Virus record (IMG/VR): IMGVR_UViG_3300018080_000158
Span: 1 to 64,000 of that record
DNA: 64,000 bases
Source of the DNA: a virus
Direction: 5' to 3' (one strand)
Made by a program: the position numbers and the translations under genes. This document shows, piece by piece, positions 18,572 through 28,724 of the stretch. Each line of letters opens with the position of its first letter. Within the stretch, counting starts at the first letter, position 1. The notes under the pieces are model-generated. The model had not been told where the DNA came from and did no database searches. It was given only the letters and a program-made list of their open reading frames with translations.

Positions 18572-20671
18572 TTAGAAAACCGATCCCCTCACAATAGATC
18601 CACGAATACTTCTACTTCTGCCAGATCCTTTTCTTGTTTCTCCTGTGAATTTCAACTTTCGTATTTGACGCTTAGTCAACGACTCTCCACGAACACGAGC
18701 CCTAGATGCTTTTGCTCTTCTCTTATTTCTTGTCTTGCCATAGCTGGCTTCTTTATATTGAAGTATAGTAACAACCCCAGCCACGCCATCAGATACGTCT
18801 TTGCTGCCACCGGCGGGATGATCAACTTTGTCTTTCTTTTCATCCCTCTCAAGTTCTCCCAACTCTGTTGCAAGTAAACTATGCCTTGGAAGTAAAATTC
18901 TCTCGTCTTTGATGGATTGCTTCACTTCCCCATACGGTACAATCGACGTGTCAACAGACAGAACACCGGATTTTATCTTTACTCTTTTAAACGCTTGAAT
19001 CATCATTGCAGATTGCCAAGTGTCCAATGTGGCATACTTGAGGTATAGTATTGATCGTAGCCATAGGACCAAATCCTTGATCAAGTTCAAATCTACTTCC
19101 CTACCGGCTCTGGCCATAATACCTACAGCCCCATCTATCATATATATGGGCGCTCTCTGATCTGCTACAGACACAAACGTTTGACTCCTTTGATCGTAGA
19201 ATTTTGTTTGAGGTAGTAATTTATATCCAAAAATACGTCCAATGCTCACACCAATACGATCTCCTGAAAGAGCCAAGTCTAAATGCACAGTCATTGGTAT
19301 AGTCGGATCTTGAATGAACTCTTCAATGTAGTCAAGATCTACAAGCAATTCCCAATCAGGCAAAGTACTGTCAATGAGTTTATCAAGTACTATCACGCTA
19401 TGTTTGAATAACTGCTTACCTCCTGTGAACTCTTCATGCTTTACTTGGGCCTTTTCAATCAGATCCTTATAAGGTATAAAAGGCTTGTCTGAAGCAGAGG
19501 CAATACCGGCCAGATCTCTAAGAGCACCATCAGGGTTTCTATCAAAATCCCGCCTGTACTCAATAGGAACTTCAATCACATCTTCCTCGTCGATAGCATC
19601 CTCAAGTTTTTTTATGACTCGTGTTTGCTTTATCTCACTTCCTTTCTCTACAAGGAAAACCTTCCCAGAAAATCTATCAGACGGCAAAGACTCCCAGAGG
19701 CTTAAGTTCATGACAAAAATGGAAGGGTCCGTCTTTGCTTCCTCCTTTTTTCGATCTGTAAAATCTCCAGGGTAGTTAGTAGAAGAAACTAGAAGCAATT
19801 TGCCAGGCAAGCTTCCTTTTTGCATAAATCTAGAATTCATACGAGTAATCAAAGCATTGTAACAACGCTCTGCTTGATCGTATTCAGATTCCCTTGTATA
19901 CTGAGTCAAGGTTGAATCTTTGACACGAGCCATGAAGTTAAGCTCATCTAAAATACCGCCATAAACATTCATTCCAATAGCAGCAGTATCCTGACCCCCT
20001 ACAGGCATAACTAGTATTCCTTTTGGAAAGCGAAGCTCTGACTTTACTTTAGGGTCGAAGAAGAAATTGCTTTTGAAATAAGGACTCCGTCTTAGTTTAT
20101 CCGCAAACTGATTGAACGCTACCTTCTTAGCCTGATGCAGGGAAATGGATTGCATGATGAATACAATCGTTGATCCCGGAGCTAAGTCATATTCAATTTG
20201 CGGATTGTGGTAACAGCTCAAAACGTATAGCATGTAAGCCAATGCCAAATCAGCAAAGTAGTTTTTACCGATTCCAATTGCTCCTGTCAATACTGCTTCC
20301 ACATAGTGAGAAGACTCAAAGAGTCTTATCAACTCAGACTTAATGGCTGGCCTTATAGAAGCTTTCTGGTCCAAAAATTGTCTACTTTCAATAAATTCTT
20401 CAACATCTACAACCCTGTCAACGCACAGGCCACGCTTTTGAAGTAAATAGCTAGAGTCTCCTGTCTGTATCGCCTGCAAAAAATTGCCGACGAAGTTTCT
20501 AAGATCGTCAAGCCACAAGTGCTGACTCCCATCTGCTTCAAACACGGGGCATGAGGATATAAGGACTTTCCACAGCTCTTCCTCCTGGTCTTTCAAATTG
20601 TACTGTTTGGCAATATGTGCTATTTTCTGAAAAGCCAACTCAGCAGATATTGCCTGCCTCTCTTTAAACAT
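18572..20671 (-). CDS. terL: terminase large subunit
   Basis: Walker A TGAIGIGK, Walker B GILDE, RNase H-like HLDLA...D and KVDHPAGGSKDVSD. Confidence 0.9.
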   Translation of the reverse strand: MFKERQAISAELAFQKIAHIAKQYNLKDQEEELWKVLISSCPVFEADGSQHLWLDDLRNFVGNFLQAIQTGDSSYLLQKRGLCVDRVVDVEEFIESRQFLDQKASIRPAIKSELIRLFESSHYVEAVLTGAIGIGKNYFADLALAYMLYVLSCYHNPQIEYDLAPGSTIVFIMQSISLHQAKKVAFNQFADKLRRSPYFKSNFFFDPKVKSELRFPKGILVMPVGGQDTAAIGMNVYGGILDELNFMARVKDSTLTQYTRESEYDQAERCYNALITRMNSRFMQKGSLPGKLLLVSSTNYPGDFTDRKKEEAKTDPSIFVMNLSLWESLPSDRFSGKVFLVEKGSEIKQTRVIKKLEDAIDEEDVIEVPIEYRRDFDRNPDGALRDLAGIASASDKPFIPYKDLIEKAQVKHEEFTGGKQLFKHSVIVLDKLIDSTLPDWELLVDLDYIEEFIQDPTIPMTVHLDLALSGDRIGVSIGRIFGYKLLPQTKFYDQRSQTFVSVADQRAPIYMIDGAVGIMARAGREVDLNLIKDLVLWLRSILYLKYATLDTWQSAMMIQAFKRVKIKSGVLSVDTSIVPYGEVKQSIKDERILLPRHSLLATELGELERDEKKDKVDHPAGGSKDVSDGVAGVVTILQYKEASYGKTRNKRRAKASRARVRGESLTKRQIRKLKFTGETRKGSGRSRSIRGSIVRGSVF

Positions 20672-20683
20672 AAGACCGACACC

Positions 20684-21460
20684 TCACTTTTTTTGATCAG
20701 TCTCGGCCTCTCCTTCCCCTTTACTAGCACTGTAAACTCCATCCTGTCCGAGCATCAGAGGTATTGAACTTGCTTCTAGATTTTCGAGCAGGTTAGACGC
20801 AAATTGCTTCATTGTATCCCCACGATCTTTTACTACATGCTCTAATACTCCTCCAAACCTATGTTGAAGATGTAATCGTAACTCTTCTGGTTTAGCGTCC
20901 AAAACACCTAACTGTATTTGAAGCTTGACATACTTCTCTATGCCATTGAAGAGAACTTTTACTGCATCGTCAAGATGTACTGATACCAGACCTTCCGACT
21001 CTTGCTCAAAGGAGTGTTTAATACGCTCCATTTGGATTTGAATAAGGTCGGCCATATACTTCAGACCATCGACCTTATCCTTTAATCGATTAAGGAATTG
21101 TTTGGCTCGTTTTGACTCCTTCTTTTTATCAGGGGATGCATATTTGCCAGTATCTAACTCTCTAAGGGCTTTACTCTTAAATGCTCGAATAGCCCTTGCC
21201 AGCGATTCGGTTTTTGAATTTCTCTTTAGGCCCCAGTCTCTTTTTACTGCAATAGCTATACTATGAGCAGACTGTCCAGATTTTAGCCTATAGTAAACCT
21301 CACACAGTCTCTTATCGCTTAAGAATCTAAGCCATGTCCCCTTTTTGCCTTTGGGCTGCACTATATCTCTCATCCTTTGAATTTCAAATGGAGGAGTAAG
21401 TTCAACCAGGCCCTTTAGGTCCTTAACTTCTTTTGGCTCTTCCTTTTTCTTTTTCGTCAT
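20684..21460 (-). CDS. putative terminase small subunit / HTH plus helical protein
   Basis: immediately upstream of terL; N-terminal HTH-like segment then long helices. Confidence 0.45.
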   Translation of the reverse strand: MTKKKKEEPKEVKDLKGLVELTPPFEIQRMRDIVQPKGKKGTWLRFLSDKRLCEVYYRLKSGQSAHSIAIAVKRDWGLKRNSKTESLARAIRAFKSKALRELDTGKYASPDKKKESKRAKQFLNRLKDKVDGLKYMADLIQIQMERIKHSFEQESEGLVSVHLDDAVKVLFNGIEKYVKLQIQLGVLDAKPEELRLHLQHRFGGVLEHVVKDRGDTMKQFASNLLENLEASSIPLMLGQDGVYSASKGEGEAETDQKK

Positions 21461-22427
21461 AGTCCCGCTTTCTGATAATCCAAGAAACTGTCCTTTGAAC
21501 TTCAGATCTAATCTCTTTTCTCCACAGTAGTATAGTATCAGACATTAAATTGCTGTTGTAGCTAAGAGCGGTTGCGAGCCATGGCATCCACCATCTTGAC
21601 TGAAGAGCCGTTAGGCCATCATCCATAAAAGTGCATTCAAGCAGCCGATTAGGAATGTGCGCTGATTCGGCATGGAACCAAATCCTCTTGAAATCCCGTT
21701 CCGACATTCCTTTATACTTACTCAAATACTTCTTAACAAAAACCCTGTAGGCTAATAAACCAGGCTTAGTATGCAAATCAAAGACATACCAAGGCAAGTT
21801 GACAGTAACAGGGTTTCTAGTTTCTCCTACTCGCTCTCTCCACAGCTTAAGCCCTTTTCTTATGTCCTCATCAATAAGATCTTTAGTAATACCTCTAAGA
21901 GCCAATAGCAAAATCGTCACGATACAACGCCTTCTGTCGCCAGGCTGTCCTCCATACATGGCCCGTGAGGCTAACAAGTCAAATGCCTTTTGCTCATATT
22001 CTGAAAGCTCACGTATCTTGCCAATATAGTCAGAGATACTTTCACGATCATACTCTATACTATGATTGAGCAATTCCAAAAGTAACTCATACTCAGAATG
22101 AGCAATTTTGGTTTCATTCCCATTGGCAAGATAGAGTTTCAACAGAGCCTCAGCATCCTTGCTTTTAGTGGCCGCCACTGTCTTGTAGATCATACCTCTC
22201 CAAGCAGCTTCGTCTTGAGACCCTAACAATATTAATTCCGAAAGCTCCCCTATCAATTGCCAGGCCTCTTCAGTAACCAGTATTACTGATCTCCAAAACA
22301 GCCAATGGCGATCCTCCTTACTGCGCCAAAGGGTGTTGAAGCAAGTATTCGCCAAGTCAAGATCGCCTCGGCGTATGGCTTTTTGAATACCGCTTCTGCA
22401 CCCCCATCTAAAATCGTTGTTAAGCAT
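21423..22427 (-). CDS. helical protein resembling the MgsA/RarA C-terminal domain
   Basis: SGIQKAIRRGD and PWYVFDLHT..G motifs; no Walker A. Confidence 0.55.
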   Translation of the reverse strand: MLNNDFRWGCRSGIQKAIRRGDLDLANTCFNTLWRSKEDRHWLFWRSVILVTEEAWQLIGELSELILLGSQDEAAWRGMIYKTVAATKSKDAEALLKLYLANGNETKIAHSEYELLLELLNHSIEYDRESISDYIGKIRELSEYEQKAFDLLASRAMYGGQPGDRRRCIVTILLLALRGITKDLIDEDIRKGLKLWRERVGETRNPVTVNLPWYVFDLHTKPGLLAYRVFVKKYLSKYKGMSERDFKRIWFHAESAHIPNRLLECTFMDDGLTALQSRWWMPWLATALSYNSNLMSDTILLWRKEIRSEVQRTVSWIIRKRDYDEKEKGRAKRS

Positions 22428-22462
22428 CCTTTATTACTCTCCCTCACCAAGAAACGGAGCAA

Positions 22463-23398
22463 TCAGCTATCAATGCCAAGAAGGGCGTCCAAGGCTGAAG
22501 AGTCTTCCCCTGTCTTTGTCTCTGCCTTTTCTTCAGGCTTTTCTTCCAGCTTTTCTTTAGCCTTACTTTTTGATTTGGCTTTACTCTTAGCCTTGGACTT
22601 TGCTTTTGCCTTGGCCTTGGACTTTGCTTTGCTCTTGGCCTTGCCTTTACCCTTGTCCTTGCCTTTGCTCTCAGAATCTTCTTTGTCATTGCTTACTGCC
22701 AGCTTTACACCATAAGCACTTTCAACGAAAGTGCAAATGTCTTCCAAAGAAGTACGCTCAGGCACTTGGCCCTTTGCCATCATCCAATCTTGGCAAATCA
22801 TGATCATAGCTTCACCGTCGTTTTTGGTTTCACACAGTTTCTTTGCTTCCTCCAAAGCTTCCGCTACAATGGCTCCCTGTTCTACACCATACGACAGTTT
22901 GACTACGATGGAGTCATTACTACTGCTAGATCCCGATCCGCCCCCAGTTTGCTTCTGAATCTTTGCAGACAAATCCCGCACTGACAAATCACTAGCCTGC
23001 TTCATCCAGGTCTTCCAATTTCGAGCGTTGATTACCTTGCAAAGAGCAGCCACCTTTGTCCATCCCAGCTCAACACACTTATCTTTGGGCAAGCCAAACT
23101 CCTGTACCTTTTCCCAAATCTTCATGATGGAAAAGACTTTAGTATAACTCGTGCCGACTTCTTCCTCGATGTAAGTTTGAAAGTCTGGGTGCCCGTAATG
23201 CTCAATGTGGTAGTTGTTTTTGCGGATCTCTGTGAGAACTTCAGCCAGATTCAAATAGCTCTCTTCAATGGCCCGATTGGCCTTGATTGCTTCATTGCGC
23301 AATTCTTTTGCCCTGGTTTTAGGGTTAGCCTTTACTTTTGCCTTGGCCTTGGACTTTGCTTTTGACTTGGACTTCGTTTTAGTTTTACTTGCAGCCAT
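22463..23398 (-). CDS. DNA-binding protein with histone-like AKSK repeats
   Basis: Lys/Ala/Ser repeats at both ends; central helical HTH-like region. Confidence 0.65.
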   Translation of the reverse strand: MAASKTKTKSKSKAKSKAKAKVKANPKTRAKELRNEAIKANRAIEESYLNLAEVLTEIRKNNYHIEHYGHPDFQTYIEEEVGTSYTKVFSIMKIWEKVQEFGLPKDKCVELGWTKVAALCKVINARNWKTWMKQASDLSVRDLSAKIQKQTGGGSGSSSSNDSIVVKLSYGVEQGAIVAEALEEAKKLCETKNDGEAMIMICQDWMMAKGQVPERTSLEDICTFVESAYGVKLAVSNDKEDSESKGKDKGKGKAKSKAKSKAKAKAKSKAKSKAKSKSKAKEKLEEKPEEKAETKTGEDSSALDALLGIDS

Positions 23399-23427
23399 TC
23401 TACACCTCCATTAGATAGTTTGTTTGA

Positions 23428-25047
23428 TCATTTCTTCTTTTTGGATATCTTAAGCAGCCTAGTATTGCTACCCTTCCCTCCTTTCGCTTTAGACTTATTG
23501 TTATCATAGCTTACACTTCTAGCCTTACTGTCAGCCCATTTTCGTATTGCTTCCAATTCATCTGAATCTCTCTTAGCTTGCGGGACAAGATTATCCATTG
23601 CATTTAATATATGCTTGTCTTCAAATTCCTTATGGTCAGAAAACGCCATATACATTGCTTCATCAATAACGTACTCAATTTCAGCCCCAGTGAAGTCAAC
23701 AGCCCTTTTTGATAGCATTTCAATCTTATAGTCTTTAGGATCTCTGTTTCTCTTTGCTATATGTATGGAGAAAATATCCTTCCGCTCGTTTGCTTTGGGC
23801 AAATCTGTAGCCCACACTTGATCCATACGACCGGGCCTATAAACCATACTAGGCAAGGTAGACACATCATTACTAGTAGCTACCAGCAAGACCGGAAATT
23901 CTGTCTCTTGTCTCCAAGTAAGAATAGTACTTACAACACGAGCAGTAACCCCCCCATCAAGCTCCCCACTGGAGCGCATACCTGCCAGTCCTTTTTCTAT
24001 TTCATCTATCCACAGAACGCAAGGGCTGACCGCTTCAGCTACCTTTAAAGCCATTCTGGTTGAAGCCTCACTTTCTCCGACCAAGCTCCTGTAGACCTTC
24101 CCCATATCCCATCGGAGCAAAGGAAGGCCCAGGTAATTACTCACACACTTAGCAGCGAGCGATTTTCCTGTTCCTGCAAAGCCGACAATAAGAATTCCTT
24201 TTGGGTAACGAAGCCCGTATTGCCTGGCCTCTTCTGTGAAAGCTCTTTTGCGTTTGCTCAGCCAATCTTTCATAGCATCATACCCACCAAGATTGTCAAT
24301 GGTCTCTTGATTTGGAAAGAACTCAAGGACATCTGATTTTCTAACTTCTTGCTCCTTTTGTTTTTGAATCACTGAAAGATTGACCTCACGAGCACTGACC
24401 AAAGAAAGACTCATTGCGTTTTCTGCTCCCATAGAGTCAAGACCCACAGCAGCATTGGCAGCACTTTTGATTAGCTCCTCTTTGTCTTTTTTGTCGTTAG
24501 GCAAGGAAACTTCATTAGAGTAATACTCAACCATTGCAGTATAAATGTCTTCAATGTTTTGACGGGACGGCAGGGGGAAGTCTATAAACGTGACAAAATT
24601 TTTCAGCTCTAAGGGAAGCTCGCAGTGAGGCCCAACAACTACTAAATGGCATCCTTGCGCTTTAGCTGCAATAGAGGAGTCGATTACAGTTTGTATCAAA
24701 TTTGGATCTTCAATAAACTGTCTAAGGTGATGGAAGACACAAACAATAGGATTGTCTTTCGTTCTTTTCCCTACCATTTCAATAGCACTTTCAAGGTCAA
24801 CGGATTCGGATCTTGGAGTAAATCCTTCCTTATCCCACATGGCAGCTTTGCCCAAAACCAAGCCTGTAGTAATTTTCCATACGCCAAAATCGTGAGATTC
24901 GGCAAGCCCCATATTAACCAAAGCAAGCCGAACAGTCTCTTCAGCCAAGTGAGGCTCAATAGTACGTAAAAACAAACAACTGTACCCTGCTTTCAAATAA
25001 TCCTCAATCTCTTCTGAAATTCCCCTAATCTCTTCAGCCATGGGCAT
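23428..25047 (-). CDS. Ycf46-like AAA+ ATPase
   Basis: PKGILIVGFAGTGKS, CVLWIDEIEKG, ATSN, RPGRMD, FTGAEIE; inactive N-terminal AAA-like domain. Confidence 0.9.
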   Translation of the reverse strand: MPMAEEIRGISEEIEDYLKAGYSCLFLRTIEPHLAEETVRLALVNMGLAESHDFGVWKITTGLVLGKAAMWDKEGFTPRSESVDLESAIEMVGKRTKDNPIVCVFHHLRQFIEDPNLIQTVIDSSIAAKAQGCHLVVVGPHCELPLELKNFVTFIDFPLPSRQNIEDIYTAMVEYYSNEVSLPNDKKDKEELIKSAANAAVGLDSMGAENAMSLSLVSAREVNLSVIQKQKEQEVRKSDVLEFFPNQETIDNLGGYDAMKDWLSKRKRAFTEEARQYGLRYPKGILIVGFAGTGKSLAAKCVSNYLGLPLLRWDMGKVYRSLVGESEASTRMALKVAEAVSPCVLWIDEIEKGLAGMRSSGELDGGVTARVVSTILTWRQETEFPVLLVATSNDVSTLPSMVYRPGRMDQVWATDLPKANERKDIFSIHIAKRNRDPKDYKIEMLSKRAVDFTGAEIEYVIDEAMYMAFSDHKEFEDKHILNAMDNLVPQAKRDSDELEAIRKWADSKARSVSYDNNKSKAKGGKGSNTRLLKISKKKK

Positions 25048-25081
25048 TTTCCCCTTCCCTATCTATTTTTAAAGAAGTCTA

Positions 25082-25110
25082 GAAGTACCATAGATATGAT
25101 CTTTTGTCAA
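25082..25110 (-). promoter_or_regulatory. promoter upstream of the AAA-terL operon
   Basis: TTGACA (25110-25105), 17 bp ending in TGG, then TACTTC; palindrome 5 bp upstream. Confidence 0.5.
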
Positions 25111-25119
25111 GGCTTACTT

Positions 25120-25698
25120 TCAATCGTCTGAAAGTAGGTCCAACTCCATGAAAGCCCCGTCCTTCTTAAGTTTGCGGCGTATGGTCTTTAAAATATCCTC
25201 CTGATATCTGGTAGCACTTTTAGAACCAAAAGTCAAGGCATGGCCTATTTCACAGATCAAATAAGCAACCCCTTCATCCACAGTTGAAAACTCCAAACCA
25301 CGCCTTTTATACAACTGCAATTTAAAGTCTTCAATACGGCCTTTACCCACGCCAGTCAGCCATTTTTTCCATTGGCCAATACCTACCACAAGAGGCCATA
25401 TGCCGGTTTTTCTCCAAACAGTGTAGCGCAAGAGACCTCCAATTTCTCCCATAGTAGCCAATGCAGACTGTTTTGACTTGGACCGGAAAGCATAGTCTTC
25501 TATAAAAACTAAAGACGATTTCTCCACAAAGCCTAATACTCCAGATATCAATTTAGTATATCTAAAAGGCCGATGCTCAGAGGACTTTGTAGTAATTGTA
25601 TCGGAATCCATAGCTCCATTTTCAAACATCCTACAAACACCTAAGAATCTAGTACCAGGATCTATACCCACTACTGAAGTGATAATTTTACGACCCAT
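25120..25698 (-). CDS. ruvC: RuvC-like Holliday junction resolvase
   Basis: VGIDPG, VFIEDY, WKKWLTG.G. Confidence 0.8.
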   Translation of the reverse strand: MGRKIITSVVGIDPGTRFLGVCRMFENGAMDSDTITTKSSEHRPFRYTKLISGVLGFVEKSSLVFIEDYAFRSKSKQSALATMGEIGGLLRYTVWRKTGIWPLVVGIGQWKKWLTGVGKGRIEDFKLQLYKRRGLEFSTVDEGVAYLICEIGHALTFGSKSATRYQEDILKTIRRKLKKDGAFMELDLLSDD

Positions 25699-25966
25699 TA
25701 TCTTTACTTCTCCCCTCTAAAAATCTAAGCAGTCGGATTGCCTCTTTTTTACGCACTGGAACAGTCCGATCCTTAGACTTCTGCTCCATGAAAGGCATGT
25801 CAATGGAATAACCGCGAGCTGTGAGATTGTATGCAGGAACGTAGTCAGTGTTGCCAATCTCCATTTCTATAATAGATAGTTCACAGGATAAGCATTGCAG
25901 TTGTAAAGTCTCTCCGCTTTCTGTTTGCATAGTAAGCACTCCCACGCCTACCTCATACTTGGGCAT
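25688..25966 (-). CDS. small protein carrying an IRLLRF motif
   Basis: start taken at MPKYEV (overlaps the upstream stop); KEAIRLLRF. Confidence 0.5.
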   Translation of the reverse strand: MPKYEVGVGVLTMQTESGETLQLQCLSCELSIIEMEIGNTDYVPAYNLTARGYSIDMPFMEQKSKDRTVPVRKKEAIRLLRFLEGRSKDNGS

Positions 25967-26876
25967 GGTAAAACTCCATACACTGTTTATAGCAAGGACA
26001 GTTTCTAGTTTGCCAGCTTGAAAAATTACTCCTTTGACATAATGGATGAATATCCGGCAATCCTTTTGGGTATGAATCATACGCAAGCTTAAAAACTTCC
26101 AACTTCTCAACTATCCTGCCAATTACTTTGCTCTTACCATTGACTGGAAACATTTTCATTGGCATCCCGCTAGACACATGGGTTTTGCAAACGTAAAGCA
26201 CAAAGCCTATATCCGATCTTATAGGGATAGGCATAGAGGAATCTTGATTCAATCCCCACATGTATGAAAGCACTTGCCACTCGTGCTCTACTTGCGGACT
26301 TATCAGTTTATCAAAATACTTCTTGGCAATTGTCTTTATCTCAATTACTACAACAGTACCATCATCCAATAACAAAAATAGATCAGGATGCCCAGACAGG
26401 TAGACAGGAGAAGTTAAAAACATTGAATGCTCTTTATACTCAAAGGCTTCAAAATGAGCACCGCAAGATAAACAATTAGTATTAGGTGGAAGTCCAAAAA
26501 AACAAGACTTGCAAGCTCGGCACTTCCACCAACCAATGCGCTTGTTACCAAAAACAAAAGTAGTATTCTGGATTTCCTTATGCACCGCCTCTCCTATCAT
26601 AAATGTAAGACGAGACCCAGCATTAGTAAAACTAGACTTCTTGAATCGAAGATGAGATCCTAGTACATACATCCGAATGCATCCCTTGTAAAGGTCAGAC
26701 GCTCTCGGATAAACGATAGGAAACCCATCAGGACTAGAATCAAGAAACCTGACATATCTCATAGCAATAGATTCTATAGAATCTGTAACGTTTACAGGCT
26801 CGGCAAGTGAAGTGGAAGCCGATGCATCCTTAGCCATATTTAAAAGCTGTTTTCCAATACTACTCAAAATCAACAA
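25953..26876 (-). CDS. PD-(D/E)XK exonuclease (RecB/Cas4-like)
   Basis: ASDL...C.R, GEAVH, SGHPD, IEIKT, Q...Y, terminal Cys cluster. Confidence 0.8.
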   Translation of the reverse strand: MLILSSIGKQLLNMAKDASASTSLAEPVNVTDSIESIAMRYVRFLDSSPDGFPIVYPRASDLYKGCIRMYVLGSHLRFKKSSFTNAGSRLTFMIGEAVHKEIQNTTFVFGNKRIGWWKCRACKSCFFGLPPNTNCLSCGAHFEAFEYKEHSMFLTSPVYLSGHPDLFLLLDDGTVVVIEIKTIAKKYFDKLISPQVEHEWQVLSYMWGLNQDSSMPIPIRSDIGFVLYVCKTHVSSGMPMKMFPVNGKSKVIGRIVEKLEVFKLAYDSYPKGLPDIHPLCQRSNFSSWQTRNCPCYKQCMEFYHAQV

Positions 26877-27429
26877 GTAGGGATTTGCCTACTCCTCCTT
26901 CAGGATAAAAGTAATGAGCTAAAGGCCAAGAGACTACCAACAGAGGTATGTCTATGACAGCTCTGAATGATTTAACCTTGTTTCTACTTCCAGTACGCCA
27001 AGGGCCTTTTACTTCAATAAAACACTTATGGTCAGGAAGAAAAAAGTCTGGAATGTATTGAACAAACTTTTTGACTTTTGCAGACTTGGCAGAAGGGATA
27101 AGAAAAGCAATACCTTCATATAAAAATCTCACACCTTCAGAGCTAAGCGCCTCTGCAAAATACTTTTCATAGTTAGACTCAAAAAATTGCTCAAGAACAG
27201 AAGAGTAGGCCCCACCCGGCCTCCTTTCATTGGATAGGTAGTAATACTGGTGCGGGGCTATGCTCTCAAATATATTACCACCCGACACAGGATTAGCTCT
27301 AATCCACTTAAAAACACAATCACGGGAACAGACGTGAAAATCAGAATCGGCCATGGAGTTTTTTTTGCCTTTTACTTCCTGCTTCCTTCCACAAACTTGA
27401 CATCTCAAAATTGCCATTATAAGTAACAC
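26860..27429 (-). CDS. zinc finger plus PD-(D/E)XK endonuclease
   Basis: CQVC/CSRDC; FESNYE, YIPDF, FIEVKG. Confidence 0.8.
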   Translation of the reverse strand: MLLIMAILRCQVCGRKQEVKGKKNSMADSDFHVCSRDCVFKWIRANPVSGGNIFESIAPHQYYYLSNERRPGGAYSSVLEQFFESNYEKYFAEALSSEGVRFLYEGIAFLIPSAKSAKVKKFVQYIPDFFLPDHKCFIEVKGPWRTGSRNKVKSFRAVIDIPLLVVSWPLAHYFYPEGGVGKSLLVDFE

Positions 27430-27608
27430 CTATTTTGATTGCCGGTTTTAGGCTTCACTTTCTTAGCTTTGTGGTACAACGTGCTGGCATAGGACCTACA
27501 GATTCCAAACCTATCTGCTATCGCATTGAACGGAAATCCATCATCCCGCATCTTAACCAACCTTTCAATTTGCTTTTTACTCAGCCTCTCGAATTTTCTT
27601 GTGGCCAC
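27417..27608 (-). CDS. small HTH protein
   Basis: GFPFNAIADRFGICRSYAS. Confidence 0.7.
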   Translation of the reverse strand: MATRKFERLSKKQIERLVKMRDDGFPFNAIADRFGICRSYASTLYHKAKKVKPKTGNQNRCYL

Positions 27609-28701
27609 TTCTTTTCTCCTTTGCTATCCTAATAATCTCTTTGGAGGTCTTAAACTTTTCAGCAGGGATTTTTTTCCAGACATCTTGAATATGTTCCAAA
27701 GTCTTTGCTTTGTGTCCAAAGTACATCCAACCGCCACCATCGGCTTTAGATACTACACCATACATCTTAGCCAATTTCATCATGGTGGCATACTCAATGA
27801 CTTCTCCTTGAGTGTAGTTAAATTCAGGCATGTATGCAGTGCATCTCCTAAATTCTCCGACGCCATGAAGAGTCAAAACCTTTTCTTTTCGTATAGCAAA
27901 TGAATGCCTAGAGGCTGAGGCCGTTTTAGTTCTGGAGTCAAAGAATTTCTTGTCTACGCCGTCTCTTGCTAAAGCCTTCTTTACAAGACGGAGCAATAAA
28001 GACATTTCGTGTTTGGCAGCATAGCCCCCTGGCATAATTTCAGGATCTCCGAACATCTGGCCTATCTTTACTCTCATTTGATTTGTAACCAAGATAGTAC
28101 AAGGATGCCCTCTCTTCATCTCTCTGATCAGCCTTTGCTTTAATTTACGCACACCCCTAGTCACAAGTTTAGCCTGGTTGCCGATGAACTGATCAGCAAA
28201 AGAAGCCGTCATCTCTGCCTCTGGAATCAAAGCTGCAAGGCCGTCAATTACTAACAGACCTATATCATCAGCCCTTAGTACAGACTCGGCAAGGTCTAAG
28301 TATTGCTCTCCGGTCTCCCCGTTTATCATAATGAATCCATTCGGATCACAGCCAACTCTTTCGGCCCATTCCCGATCAAATGTCCCCTCAGAATCGGCCC
28401 AGGCAGATTTCATTCGGATAGGCTTTTGACTGCACTCACAATCCGATAGCAGATTGAAGCATCTCCAACAAATCCGGCTGCACATTGCTACAGCATTCAT
28501 AGCCAGTGTTGTCTTGCCACCAGAATCTGGACCCCACAAACAAGTAGTCCCGTAAATAGGCATCCCGCCGCCAGTAGCAAAGTCAACAACAAAAACCCCA
28601 AATGGAAGACGGGCCGGGTCTTTCTTTTCAAAGCCCCACAATATTGTATTACTACCTATCTCCGAATTAGCCGTTTTGATAATATCACTCACTTGAACCA
28701 T
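27577..28701 (-). CDS. recA: RecA/UvsX-like recombinase
   Basis: GPDSGGKTT, ADSEGTFD, VIDGLAAL, TNQMRVKIGQMFGDPE.MPGG. Confidence 0.9.
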   Translation of the reverse strand: MVQVSDIIKTANSEIGSNTILWGFEKKDPARLPFGVFVVDFATGGGMPIYGTTCLWGPDSGGKTTLAMNAVAMCSRICWRCFNLLSDCECSQKPIRMKSAWADSEGTFDREWAERVGCDPNGFIMINGETGEQYLDLAESVLRADDIGLLVIDGLAALIPEAEMTASFADQFIGNQAKLVTRGVRKLKQRLIREMKRGHPCTILVTNQMRVKIGQMFGDPEIMPGGYAAKHEMSLLLRLVKKALARDGVDKKFFDSRTKTASASRHSFAIRKEKVLTLHGVGEFRRCTAYMPEFNYTQGEVIEYATMMKLAKMYGVVSKADGGGWMYFGHKAKTLEHIQDVWKKIPAEKFKTSKEIIRIAKEKRSGHKKIREAE

Positions 28702-28724
28702 TTTAATTGCTCCAATCTCCGACC

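Noticed and set aside
25953-26876. cas4 as part of a CRISPR system
   Set aside because: Sits in a recombination module with RecA and RuvC; typical stand-alone phage PD-(D/E)XK exonuclease
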